64,000 bases of DNA from an uncultured Gammaproteobacteria bacterium (GTDB lineage Bacteria; Pseudomonadota; Gammaproteobacteria; JABCZS01). Position 1 is the first letter of the stretch, and each line of letters starts with the position of its first letter. The notes beneath the pieces are model-generated. The model worked only from the letters and a program-made list of their open reading frames with translations, was not told the origin of the DNA and made no database searches. The position numbers and the translations under genes are program-made. Of this stretch, positions 54,037 to 64,000 are shown piece after piece. The stretch lies in assembly GCA_963848305.1 (NCBI GenBank), contig CAWKDC010000001.1, positions 704,001-768,000 on the forward strand, read 5' to 3'.

Positions 54037-54233
54037 AAAACACCATGTAATATTGAAGCCTGGGTTCAGAATAGCATGACATTTTAAGTTTATCAAGGAT
54101 AAAGCATGAGGTGCTTTCTGTCAAAACCGGACATTTCTACTTAGCCCACCCTAAGACATCGGTCTATGATCAACAGAACGGTAAATGCCTTACAACCGAA
54201 GCATTATAACTGATTCAAAACGTGAAAAAGCAT

Positions 54234-55463
54234 TTACATCATGTTTAACGCTGCGATTTCATTCAATGCATCGTCTACAGCAGCTGTTTTTGCCATATAC
54301 TTGATCACTGGGGCTGTATTTTTCTCGGAAAAATGAATGTCATTTTGAACAACTGATAAAGCTAATTTGCCTAATGACAATCTATCCAACCAGGCTTCCC
54401 CTGAAAAAATAACACCTAGATTTGCTTCGCGAAGTTTTTTTTGGTGACTATCCGCGCATTTTATTTCTTCTTCATTCTTCAAATTTTCAAGTTTGTTATC
54501 AACACAATCCTGAAAAAATTTTCTTTCGTGCATGTAGAAAAATACGCAACTTTCCCTATCCTTCGTACCAACCATGTTGCGATTTTTTTCAATGCGCATT
54601 ATTTCCTGATTCAAATTGTCTAAGTAATCATTCATTGCCTGATCAGCTGAACCCAGACAGTAATTCGCATAGACATGTTCTGCCATTTTAACAATCATTT
54701 TAATAATCATTTTAGGCTGATCTAACTCCTTTTCATTTAAACTTCCAGCCGCTCTGAGATAGTGGATGCGTAATTTCCATTCCATTGCATGCACAACGAC
54801 ATTAAAGAAATTTGTGAGATGATCCATATCAACACCTCTAAAATGATGTTGAGAACCTATCACTTTTCCAAGAGCGCTATTAATAGAAACTGTGGCTGCC
54901 TGAATTGTTTCCCAGCGAGAAATATTAACGTATTCATTATAATTTATCTCAGCTGTTGCTATATCCGCTTGAATGGATTGCAACATTTTCGTATAATTTT
55001 CAGTCGTTAAACTTGTTAAATTATCTCTGAAATCATGAGAATGTTCAGCAGCCACAATTTTAAATGCAGAGGCAAAACATGACAGCGCAAGCAATGATGA
55101 ACTGATACCGAATGTGTTCACCGTGCTTATCGACATGGGTTGCAATAGCTCGACACTTTGACTGGCCAGCAGATCAGGTTGAGGACTTATCAAACTCGTT
55201 ACATAGGATAAATTTGCAAGCGTGCCAGACCACCCTTGAGTTGACGATAGAGCATCTGCAACGTCATCACCTGCAAAAGATTGTACGGCCATCTTGAGAA
55301 CACGTTTGGGCAGCAAAGCTAATGAAATCAAGCCAATAGTTGTAATGGATGGGCTTGCGGTCAACAGCATGACGGCCAAGGCGCCTTGCGCTACCCCAGC
55401 GATGCCATCAGCGACTGACGATCTTACTGAAAATGGGCGGCCTGCAGTTTGTGGTTGTCTCAT
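54234..55463 (-). CDS. Hypothetical protein
   Basis: 409-aa ORF with hydrophobic N-terminal segments; no motif recognised. Confidence 0.65.
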   Translation of the reverse strand: MRQPQTAGRPFSVRSSVADGIAGVAQGALAVMLLTASPSITTIGLISLALLPKRVLKMAVQSFAGDDVADALSSTQGWSGTLANLSYVTSLISPQPDLLASQSVELLQPMSISTVNTFGISSSLLALSCFASAFKIVAAEHSHDFRDNLTSLTTENYTKMLQSIQADIATAEINYNEYVNISRWETIQAATVSINSALGKVIGSQHHFRGVDMDHLTNFFNVVVHAMEWKLRIHYLRAAGSLNEKELDQPKMIIKMIVKMAEHVYANYCLGSADQAMNDYLDNLNQEIMRIEKNRNMVGTKDRESCVFFYMHERKFFQDCVDNKLENLKNEEEIKCADSHQKKLREANLGVIFSGEAWLDRLSLGKLALSVVQNDIHFSEKNTAPVIKYMAKTAAVDDALNEIAALNMM

Positions 55464-55780
55464 GATTATCCCGCTCCCAATAAAGTAGAATATGGTATTA
55501 AAACCTAACTGGATGAAAAAAGCAAGTCAGACTACAGCCTATTGATATTGTTAACCAGGCAAAAGCACTCATAGACTGTTATACGGCCCAAAGGAGCCGC
55601 AAATAGGCACCCTTAACTCATGACAGTTTTAGTTGTTCGGCTAATTTAGCCTAGTCTTCTCGCTACTGGATAATATGGCAAAAGCAGAATATGCTCTAAA
55701 TGGCGATCATCGATGCAAGGAAACAGTGCATTGCCATTCTCTTGTTTCGTAGGCACCCAAAAACCCCTTTATTCGTGCTC

Positions 55781-58123
55781 ATGGTCAACATGCAAAAAAG
55801 TGATGAAAATACATACCGCGGCTTAAGCGTTGAAACAGCTCAGCAAAGGCTACTTCAAGAAGGCCCCAATTTTATCGAAGAAAAGCAACCTAACCAAGCA
55901 TTCGTATTCATGCAGAAATTTTGGGCACCTATTCCCTGGATGCTAGAGGTGACCATTATATTAGAAATCATGCTACATAAATATGATGAAGCCGTTATTA
56001 TTGGCGCATTGTTGCTTTTTAATGCCGTCTTGAGTTTTAACCAAGAATCACGCGCTAATAAGGCATTATTACTGCTTCGTAATCATCTTGCCATTCAAGC
56101 GCGTGTCTGTAGAGATGGATGTTGGAAACTGATACCTGCAGAAAATTTAGTACGTGGTGATATCGTTTATTTACGGATGGGAGATATTTCGCCTGCTGAT
56201 ATTCAATTGCTCACCGGGCAAGTGATGATTGATCAATCATCATTGACGGGAGAATCAATGCCTGTTGAGACAGGTGAAGGAAAAACGGCATATTCAGGTT
56301 CAGTGATTATCCAAGGCGAAGCAACTGGTGAGGTTATTGCCACAGGAAAGCATACGTTTTTCGGAAAAACAGTGAATTTAATGCAAAGCGCGAAAAGCAC
56401 CAGTCATATTAAAACACTTATTTTTAAAATCGTTAAATATCTTTTTATCTATATCACCATATTAGCTTTATTTATCTTATTCTACTCGATTGCTCAGCAT
56501 CTCCAATTTCCTGAGATTATTCCTTTTATTCTTATTTTATTCATTGCAGCCATTCCCGTCGCTCTCCCAGCCACATTTACGCTATCCACAGCGTTAGGAG
56601 CAATGGAACTGGTCAAACAAGGTGTCCTGGTGACGCACTTATCCGCGCTCGAAGAAGCCTCTATTATTGACACGATCTGCGTTGATAAAACAGGGACAAT
56701 AACACAAAATAAACTTGAAATTGCACAATTGTGCACCGCACCACCCTATTCAGATGAAATGCTACTTCATTATGCTTCGTTAGCTTCAAATACTGCCACA
56801 CAAGACCCCATCGACAAAGCCATTTTTCATGGTTTACAGCAACATTCAACACAAGAAAATCTTACTAAACTGATTCAATTTATTCCGTTTGATCCTAGGA
56901 AAAAATGTACGGAAGCAATCGTTCAGGAATCTGGAAAAACTTTGCATATCATCAAAGGATCGGTTAATCTACTAGAAAATCTTCTTATTATCCCCGTTCA
57001 TATCACTGACGCACTCTCTGAGATGGGTTCTAAGGGATATCGAATCATAGTCGTGACTGTGCAAGTCAACAACAGCGATGATATTTCTCTGGTAGGCATC
57101 ATTGGATTTTTTGATCCACCCATGTCTGACTCTAAAACTGTCATTGGTGAATTACGAGATTTGGGGTTACGTCTTTTAATGTTAACTGGGGACAATGAAA
57201 AAACAGCTAAAACCATCGCAGATACTGTTGGAATGTCTCATCGAGTTTGCTCTTCAGACTTATTAAAAATGCCACTTGATCATCAGATTGATTCGTGCGA
57301 TGTTCTAGCTAATTTATATCCTGAAGACAAATATCTTTTGGTCAGGCATTTACAACATACAAATCATGTTGTTGGCATGACAGGCGACGGCGTAAATGAT
57401 GCGCCTTCTTTAAAACAAGCGGATGTAGGGATTGCCGTCAGTAATGCGGCAGATGCTGCAAAAGCCGCTGCATCCATTGTGCTGACTACACCCGGCCTTG
57501 CTGGAATTTTAGCTGCTGTTAAAACCAGTCGCCGCGTATATCAACGCATGCATACTTATATTCTAAATAAAATCAGCAAAAGCCTTGAGATTACCGCATT
57601 TACAGCCTTGGCACTTATCTTTACTGGCGAGCTTATTTTAACACCGCTGCTCATGGTCTTATTGATGTTTGCAAACGACTTCATTACGATGTCCATTGCC
57701 GCTGATAATGCAACCTTTTCGAAAAAACCTGTTCATTGGAATGTTTCTCACGTACTATTGTCCGGAGGAATTGTCGCAGGATTAACATTAATACTATCAT
57801 TAAGTGTTTTATATTACGCTCGCGTTCACCTCGAATTATCTTTGCCTGAACTTCAAACGCTCGTTTTTTTACTCTTGGCTTTTACTGCACAAAGTAATGT
57901 TTACATTTTACGTGAACGCAGTTATTTTTGGCATTCACTTCCCTCGAAATGGCTTTTATTAAGTTCCGTTTTTGCAATTGCAACTGTGATTGCTATGGCA
58001 ACTTCAGGAATATTAATGGCTGCCCTTCCTATTTCGTTGATTTTAAAATTATTGCTTCTAGTGGTTTTATATCTTTTTATTTCAGATTTTGCAAAAGTGT
58101 ATCTTTACCGTTTTTTTGAATGA
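55781..58123 (+). CDS. Plasma-membrane proton-efflux P-type ATPase (type IIIA); start approximate
   Basis: FWAPIPWMLE, TGES, IPVALP, DKTGT, DPID, TGDGVND, ANDFITM. Confidence 0.9.
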   Translation: MVNMQKSDENTYRGLSVETAQQRLLQEGPNFIEEKQPNQAFVFMQKFWAPIPWMLEVTIILEIMLHKYDEAVIIGALLLFNAVLSFNQESRANKALLLLRNHLAIQARVCRDGCWKLIPAENLVRGDIVYLRMGDISPADIQLLTGQVMIDQSSLTGESMPVETGEGKTAYSGSVIIQGEATGEVIATGKHTFFGKTVNLMQSAKSTSHIKTLIFKIVKYLFIYITILALFILFYSIAQHLQFPEIIPFILILFIAAIPVALPATFTLSTALGAMELVKQGVLVTHLSALEEASIIDTICVDKTGTITQNKLEIAQLCTAPPYSDEMLLHYASLASNTATQDPIDKAIFHGLQQHSTQENLTKLIQFIPFDPRKKCTEAIVQESGKTLHIIKGSVNLLENLLIIPVHITDALSEMGSKGYRIIVVTVQVNNSDDISLVGIIGFFDPPMSDSKTVIGELRDLGLRLLMLTGDNEKTAKTIADTVGMSHRVCSSDLLKMPLDHQIDSCDVLANLYPEDKYLLVRHLQHTNHVVGMTGDGVNDAPSLKQADVGIAVSNAADAAKAAASIVLTTPGLAGILAAVKTSRRVYQRMHTYILNKISKSLEITAFTALALIFTGELILTPLLMVLLMFANDFITMSIAADNATFSKKPVHWNVSHVLLSGGIVAGLTLILSLSVLYYARVHLELSLPELQTLVFLLLAFTAQSNVYILRERSYFWHSLPSKWLLLSSVFAIATVIAMATSGILMAALPISLILKLLLLVVLYLFISDFAKVYLYRFFE

Positions 58124-58261
58124 TGACCTTTTCCGCCTCAGTGCTGCATCATACCGAACCGCTCAGACAAAATGAATGGGTCTTTAATCTGATCATTGCA
58201 CAACCACCTAGTTTTGTAGTAAACTTTCCTAATCTTTGGTAGGTAAATAGGTGGTTTCGAA

Positions 58262-59491
58262 ATGAAATCTAATAAAAATCAACGCAATAGACATAAGCAG
58301 GACTCTTTGGCAGGCATGTGTAATTTAAATCCTGAGGAAATTCTCTTACATGCGGCATTATTGAGATTTTGGCAACGCATGGGCAATAAAGCTAATCCCT
58401 ATATCACGTTTGATGGCCGTGAGATTATTTCAATACCTGACAGTCAATCACCATTCGAAATATCGTTGGATGGAAAAGAATATGTCCATTATGCCATTTT
58501 GGCGCATGCAAACAACACGCTCGTTTCGTCGATTCACATCGATAAATTGAAACAGCGCACAAAAACTTCTCTGAATGCATTACTTCAGTTTTACAAAGAT
58601 TCAGCTTTTTCGACGATCTCATGCGGCCCTACTTCGCTTCCAGTCTATTCCACAAAAGTGAATGGATTGCAAGCGCATTTATGTGATTATCATGAGCTGA
58701 AGTCTTTTCTACGGGATAACGATCGAGAAAGAGAATTTTATAAACCAGGAAACGTGATTTATTTGAGGGTATTGTTCAATGCTCAAAAAGAGTTATGCAA
58801 CGATATTGCGCATATCGATATGAACCAATTACCGGATAATATTCGCAGCGATTTGGACGATCTCAAAAAATTAGATCTCGGTGAAAATTTTGATGATCAT
58901 CATTTTTGGTCAAAGATATCCATTTACATGGATACTCTATACTGCTTTCTGCGTGGTTCACTTGTGCTAGGCAGAGGCTTTTCACCGCTTGTCATGATTC
59001 CTGCCCTGCGATTTTTGGTAGAAACAATGGTGAACAACATAAATTCATACGAGCAAAACATAGACCGACCGCATAGCATCTATCTTCCTCATGCAATTCC
59101 GTTATTGCTTTCCACTGCTGCAACTGCTTTTATCTTTAGCAAAGGGGAGCGTTTGCAAATGGCGTTTGTTTATTTCTTATCGCTTTTCATTTGTATTGAT
59201 AATATGCTATTAAACCCCATGTGGCAGGTGAAGTTTCTGAACATGTTGATTGGAATGTTGGAATTGCATGGTCTACGCCCTCCTACACCAGTGTTTCATG
59301 AAATGCATTTGACCTATGAATCCCTCGCTGCATTTGAAGCATCGATTCACAACGAAAATATTCATGCACTAAATGCTATGATGCATATGCGTATTCATCA
59401 GAATCTGAATCACCAGATTGAAAATGATGATACCGATTCAGAATCCAGCTTTGGATCTTCTGACTTTGAAGCTAGAATGCCCCCCGCCTGA
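58262..59491 (+). CDS. Hypothetical protein
   Basis: 409-aa ORF with C-terminal hydrophobic segments and an acidic tail. Confidence 0.65.
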   Translation: MKSNKNQRNRHKQDSLAGMCNLNPEEILLHAALLRFWQRMGNKANPYITFDGREIISIPDSQSPFEISLDGKEYVHYAILAHANNTLVSSIHIDKLKQRTKTSLNALLQFYKDSAFSTISCGPTSLPVYSTKVNGLQAHLCDYHELKSFLRDNDREREFYKPGNVIYLRVLFNAQKELCNDIAHIDMNQLPDNIRSDLDDLKKLDLGENFDDHHFWSKISIYMDTLYCFLRGSLVLGRGFSPLVMIPALRFLVETMVNNINSYEQNIDRPHSIYLPHAIPLLLSTAATAFIFSKGERLQMAFVYFLSLFICIDNMLLNPMWQVKFLNMLIGMLELHGLRPPTPVFHEMHLTYESLAAFEASIHNENIHALNAMMHMRIHQNLNHQIENDDTDSESSFGSSDFEARMPPA

Positions 59492-59532
59492 ATCATTTCA
59501 CACAATGCCAAGAAATATGCTAAGCTATTACG

Positions 59533-60159
59533 ATGATTGAATTAAATATTGTCCAAAAAATTTGCGTTTCGCTGATTCCTATTCTCTTTGCCATCACCTT
59601 GCACGAGGTGGCACATGGATGGGTTGCCTATCGTCTGGGTGATCCTACCGCCAAAATGCTGGGGCGTTTAACGATTAATCCGCTTAAACATATCGATCCC
59701 ATTGGCACAGTCATCGTTCCTCTGGTGATGCTCTGGCTCGGCGGCGTTATTTTTGGTTGGGCCAAACCCGTCCCCATTAATCATCGAAACTTGAAACACT
59801 TAAGACGAGATGTTGCATTGATTGCCATTGCAGGACCCCTCTCTAACTTATTGATGGCTTGTTTTTGGGCAGTGATTTATCACCTCACGGCCTCTGTCAG
59901 TTTGCCCCTCGGACTGATGGCGCAAATTGGCGTCGAAATCAATGTGCTCTTATGTGTATTGAATTTAATTCCCCTTCCTCCCCTGGATGGCAGCCGGGTT
60001 GTCGATAGCCTACTACCTGGCCGCATGAGCTACTATTATTCCCGGCTTGAACCCTATGGCTTTTTTATTATCCTTGCTTTGTATTTCTTCGGGATTCTAA
60101 GCGCGATCATGACCCCCCCACTCACCTTGATCGTTCACGGGTTGTTGAATTCTTGGTAG
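59533..60159 (+). CDS. Site-2 protease (peptidase M50) family protein
   Basis: HEVAH, AGPLSN, NLIPLPPLDG. Confidence 0.95.
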   Translation: MIELNIVQKICVSLIPILFAITLHEVAHGWVAYRLGDPTAKMLGRLTINPLKHIDPIGTVIVPLVMLWLGGVIFGWAKPVPINHRNLKHLRRDVALIAIAGPLSNLLMACFWAVIYHLTASVSLPLGLMAQIGVEINVLLCVLNLIPLPPLDGSRVVDSLLPGRMSYYYSRLEPYGFFIILALYFFGILSAIMTPPLTLIVHGLLNSW

Positions 60160-60209
60160 TCCTTAGTATACAATAAGGTTATCTTTTACCATTAAAACGA
60201 GGCTGGCTC

Positions 60210-60926
60210 ATGATAAATTTTTATCGATTACACAAGAATTCTGATTGTTTTTTGCCAGAAGAATACCAGGCACCGGAAGCAGCCAAAGCTGTCTTAGATC
60301 AGTATCCAGTGCTGATGAACCACAACCCTACCCCCATCGCCCATGCTTTGTCCATTCATGCCAATGCATTTTTCACGGTGATTTTTGATGGGGATACGCG
60401 AGACTGTTTAGCCCATTTGTCATATCACAGAACGCAAAAAAAATTTCAACATAAGGAATACCGAGATGGCCCCTCTACGTCAAATGAAGAGGCCGCCCTA
60501 GGTTTCAATCGTTTTTTGCAAAACATTCGAATATTTGGTTTTGACAGAACGGCAGCAGTTTACAACACAACATATGACAATCAAGTTCGCAACTCTGAAA
60601 TTGATGCAGTCAAAAACAACGTGTTTCATATTCACTTCGGCAAAAGACCTACTTACGTCATGGAATTCCAAATAAGTAGAGATGACCAAACAATCATCGT
60701 GACAAACATTGGACCCCACAAAGGTTTTCCATTTGCTAAAAAGCTGCTCAACATTACCGACTATCAAGAACAGGTTCAAGCTGCACGTTTTAAAACCAGA
60801 GAAGCTCTCAATAAAAAATATACCTACGCAGACTGCGTGACTGACCTGCACCAGTGTCATGAGAAAACAGGAGGAACCGCACCAGACAAGGAAGGGCTGC
60901 GAGCATGGGTGCGTAAGCTAGGGTAG
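60210..60926 (+). CDS. Hypothetical protein
   Basis: 238-aa ORF with GAGG RBS; the central part resembles a RelE-like fold only weakly. Confidence 0.65.
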   Translation: MINFYRLHKNSDCFLPEEYQAPEAAKAVLDQYPVLMNHNPTPIAHALSIHANAFFTVIFDGDTRDCLAHLSYHRTQKKFQHKEYRDGPSTSNEEAALGFNRFLQNIRIFGFDRTAAVYNTTYDNQVRNSEIDAVKNNVFHIHFGKRPTYVMEFQISRDDQTIIVTNIGPHKGFPFAKKLLNITDYQEQVQAARFKTREALNKKYTYADCVTDLHQCHEKTGGTAPDKEGLRAWVRKLG

Positions 60927-60932
60927 ATCTTT

Positions 60933-62438
60933 TTAAAAATGGACTAATTGTTGATTGCTGTCAATTGTGATTGTCATATTTTTATATTGACGAGATAATG
61001 TCTTTAATTTTGTGCTGACAGTGTGATCAATTAATGTGACTGCATTTAAATTAACCACCACCGATTCACTGTTTTCACAGGCTTTGACAACAATAGATTT
61101 TAATTTGGTGTAACCTAAGAAAGTCAGTGGTCCATCGATCTCAATATAAGAAACTTGCCCTTTCTGTTGAATAGAGATGCTGGGAGAAATAAGCTGATTC
61201 AATCTATTTCCCTTGAGCATATGAATGAACAATTTTGAGAAAACACCCAAAATAACACCGTTCAATAATCCAAACATCAATGTTGACATGAATGTCACAG
61301 AGAAAACAATGAATTGCTCTTTACCTACCTTGAAGGCATGAATAAATTGATGTGGCGCCGCAAGCCTAAATCCGACAAATACTAAAATCGCTGCCAATAC
61401 AGAAAGTGGGATCAGGTTGATAATGCCAGGGATAACGAGCACGGCTATTAACATGCATATTCCATGGGTGATATTTGATCTCTGCGATGTCGCTCCATAA
61501 TCAATATTGGCTTTACTACGGACAATTTCAGAAATCATCGGCAGGCCGCCTATCAAAGAGCTGACCAAGTTTCCCACACCCACTGCGATTAAATCATGAT
61601 TCAAGTCAGATGGACTGTTTTCTGGCGTCATTTCATCGATGGCACATACTGTCAATAATGATTCGATCGAACCCACCAACGCAAACAAAATGATGTATTT
61701 TAAGCTGGATCCCGTGAATAGCGATGAAAAATCAGGGAACGTGATACTTCCAAAAATCTGATCAGGAATATTGATAAGAAAGTCAGTGCCCAATGCATAT
61801 TCCTTGCCCCAAAAAAAATAATGATCCGCATCCCTCAGCCCGAGCAAAAAGGAGAAGGGTATCACAATAATCAATATTGCTATCGTTGAAGGAATCATCG
61901 ATATTTTTTTCAAGTATGGCCAACACACAGCCATGACAAAAGAAATCATGCCAAATAAAAAAATCAAAGGATTCAGATTCATAATCTCTAAGGGAAGTTG
62001 TACCAGTGATAGAATAGATTGAGAGGAAGCTGGGGGTAAACCCATCATCACATAAAGTTGCTGTGAAATAATGATGACCCCAATGGCTGATAGCATACCG
62101 TGAATCACAAATGGTGGCATCACTTCCACCATCACTGCTTTTTTAAGCAGCCCTATCCCTATTTGTATGAGCGCAGCAACGACCCCCACAGCCAGAGCAC
62201 ATTCATATCCCAGATCTGTCACAGCGCCCGTTGCAATGACAATTAATCCAGCAGCTGGGCCTTTGATTGATAATTTTGCCCCACCAAAAAATGAAGCAAT
62301 CACACCTCCCACAATGGCTGAAATAATACCCGCAATGGATGGATAATTACTGGCCATCGCAATCCCCAAACACAGAGGAAGTGCTAATAAAAATACGCTG
62401 AAACCTGCCATCACATCTTTTTTGAGCGAACTATGCAT
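60933..62438 (-). CDS. SulP-family anion transporter with STAS domain
   Basis: ALPLCLGIAMAS, GPAAGL, ESLLT, GGLPMISEIVRS, C-terminal STAS-like segment. Start is 62438 or 62450. Confidence 0.92.
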   Translation of the reverse strand: MHSSLKKDVMAGFSVFLLALPLCLGIAMASNYPSIAGIISAIVGGVIASFFGGAKLSIKGPAAGLIVIATGAVTDLGYECALAVGVVAALIQIGIGLLKKAVMVEVMPPFVIHGMLSAIGVIIISQQLYVMMGLPPASSQSILSLVQLPLEIMNLNPLIFLFGMISFVMAVCWPYLKKISMIPSTIAILIIVIPFSFLLGLRDADHYFFWGKEYALGTDFLINIPDQIFGSITFPDFSSLFTGSSLKYIILFALVGSIESLLTVCAIDEMTPENSPSDLNHDLIAVGVGNLVSSLIGGLPMISEIVRSKANIDYGATSQRSNITHGICMLIAVLVIPGIINLIPLSVLAAILVFVGFRLAAPHQFIHAFKVGKEQFIVFSVTFMSTLMFGLLNGVILGVFSKLFIHMLKGNRLNQLISPSISIQQKGQVSYIEIDGPLTFLGYTKLKSIVVKACENSESVVVNLNAVTLIDHTVSTKLKTLSRQYKNMTITIDSNQQLVHF

Positions 62439-62446
62439 GATAAACC

Positions 62447-62921
62447 TCATGTTTGAAGCAAAGTGAGAATGCCTTTTAAAATAGCCGTTGGTGTGGGAGG
62501 ACATCCTGGTATGTTCATATGAACAGGAATGACATCTTTCACAGACGAGCACGTTGCGTATGTTTTACCAAATATTCCGCCGTGACATCCACAATCCCCT
62601 AAGGCTATCACCCATTTAGGATTTGGCATCGCGTCGTAGGTGCGTTGCAATGGAACGATCATATGACGCGAAACAGGCCACTGTGACCAATAAGATATCG
62701 GCGTGGCGCGGACTTGCCACAAAATGAATGCCGTATCCTTCAAGATTATAGTAAGGATTACTCAATGCATTGATCTCTAATTCACATCCATTGCAAGAAC
62801 CCGCATCAACATGACGAATGGCAATAGACCGACCAAAAATGCGAATAACAGATTGTTGCAAATCCAATCGTGGTTCTGAAATAATACCAATCTGCGCAAT
62901 TTTCTTGAGAATGTCCAACAT
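62447..62921 (-). CDS. NuoB/HyfI-like small Fe-S subunit of an Ehr complex, frameshift at ~62680
   Basis: GSCNGCELE, SPRHADILLVT|GPV split across frames, ALGDC, IPGCPP. Confidence 0.9.
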
Positions 62922-62933
62922 ATTCGCTCTCCT

Positions 62934-64000
62934 TTACCCATCACAGCCGCTGTAGCTTAAATTAAATGATTTATTGATCAGCGGGAAATCAGGCACTATA
63001 TTCCCCATGACCGCATATTCTAATGCAGGCCAGTTTTGCCATGAGGGATCATGCATATGGACCCAAAGCAAATGATCTGCGTCTTGATTGCAGAGCGCAA
63101 CAAATACTGGACCACGCCAGCCTTCAACACATCCCAATCCGGTGTGTATATCCGATAGTTTGGGCAGTTTAACATGAATACTGCCATTTGGCAGATTGTC
63201 TATGATTTGGAGTATGGCACTCAAAGATTCGAATAATTCCTTGAATCTCAACGACACACGCGCCGCGACATCGCCATCGTGTTCATGCGGGAATTCTATT
63301 TTTAAATGTGAATAGGGTTCGTAGGTCATCTGTTTTCGCCAGTCAATATGTCTACTGCTCGCCCTGGCAGATAATCCGAGCATTCCTAATCGAGTAGCCA
63401 AATCTGGTGTGATGGTACCAGTCAACGCGAACCTGTCCTGCAAACCACCTTGATCTTTCATGATAGACAATAATGCACTCACTTCGTCTCGTAAATCATG
63501 CATTTCACTTTTTAATATTGCTTGTCCATGGGAAGTGATGTCTTGATTGATACCGCCCGGAATAATCACATCCATGGCGTAACGACTCTTGAATAAGGCA
63601 TGGTTAGTTCGTAATACATTTTCTTTAAGACGTGAAAATTGTTCAAATGCAAATGTCAGCCCTGCATCTTTTCCCAGTACACCCAGATCGGCAAGATGAT
63701 TAGCAATACGTTCCCGTTCAAGTAACAACGCCCTTAACCATGTTGCACGCTCTGGAACTTTTGTTTGATGGGCATTCTCCAAAGCCATGCAATATGCCCA
63801 TGCATAGGCAACAGTACTATCTCCACTGACGCGCCCGGCCAATTTTGTACCTTTTTCAAAATCTGAACCTTGAAAATGTTTCGCCATTCCTTTATGCGCA
63901 TATCCAAAGCGTTCTTCCATGCGTAAAACATGTTCGCCCACCACATGAAACCGAAAATGACCTGGTTCAATAATAGCCGCATGGACGGGACCCACAGCCA
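62934..64000 (-). CDS. HyfG/NuoD-like large subunit of an Ehr complex (5' end outside window)
   Basis: VGPVHAAIIEPGHFRF, YAHKG, GRVSGDS, EGWRG, DPSWQNW, DFPLINKSFNLSYSG; lacks both NiFe CxxC motifs. Confidence 0.9.
   Translation of the reverse strand, partial: AVGPVHAAIIEPGHFRFHVVGEHVLRMEERFGYAHKGMAKHFQGSDFEKGTKLAGRVSGDSTVAYAWAYCMALENAHQTKVPERATWLRALLLERERIANHLADLGVLGKDAGLTFAFEQFSRLKENVLRTNHALFKSRYAMDVIIPGGINQDITSHGQAILKSEMHDLRDEVSALLSIMKDQGGLQDRFALTGTITPDLATRLGMLGLSARASSRHIDWRKQMTYEPYSHLKIEFPHEHDGDVAARVSLRFKELFESLSAILQIIDNLPNGSIHVKLPKLSDIHTGLGCVEGWRGPVFVALCNQDADHLLWVHMHDPSWQNWPALEYAVMGNIVPDFPLINKSFNLSYSGCDG

Larger units (their letters stand above)
33849..55500. mobile_element. Accessory island downstream of tmRNA (right boundary uncertain, no integrase seen)
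   Basis: Abrupt change from core genes to AT-richer DNA with R-M, nuclease, Fic, orphan and effector-like genes. ssrA is an established integration hotspot. Confidence 0.55.

Noticed and set aside
62447-64000. Functional [NiFe] hydrogenase-4
   Set aside because: Both nickel-binding CxxC motifs are absent from the large subunit.
33849-64000. Intact prophage or integrative element with attR
   Set aside because: I found no integrase, no phage structural genes and no convincing duplicate of the tmRNA 3' end, only an 8-bp echo at 33996.

Overview
64-kb chromosomal window of a Gammaproteobacterium, probably Legionellales/Coxiellales-like (inferred from gltX next to cysS, effector-like ORFs and the gene order). 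1-33.8 kb is mostly core: tRNA-Arg/tRNA-Pro, folD, cysS, gltX, lpxH, the sdhCDAB-sucABCD operon with divergent gltA, glyA-nrdR-rib-nusB-thiL-pgpA, and tmRNA. Accessory genes are interspersed: a type III PKS, hipBA, a sterol-desaturase-family gene, three paralogous helical proteins, a cNMP-CPBP fusion and a 61-aa Bd0055-like bacterial histone. Downstream of tmRNA is an AT-richer island with no visible integrase. It carries an Eco47II-like (GGNCC) type II R-M pair, a TM0106 nuclease, Fic, secreted proteins, two very large effector-like proteins with degenerate OTU-like, ankyrin and J-like domains, and a DUF4143 ATPase. The window ends with a P3A H+-ATPase, an M50 protease, SulP and an Ehr (hydrogenase-4-like, no NiFe cysteines) operon. 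Main points: (1) a bacterial histone fold in a gammaproteobacterial housekeeping region; (2) 11 of the 12 frameshifts I found lie on, restore or are compatible with a GGNCC site, the predicted target of the resident methyltransferase, so they are probably methylation-induced read errors that report an active MTase; (3) effector-like proteins with pseudo-OTU domains; (4) exactly phased operator arrays upstream of hipBA (50 bp) and fic (21 bp). Family calls come from motif recognition by eye; no searches were run.
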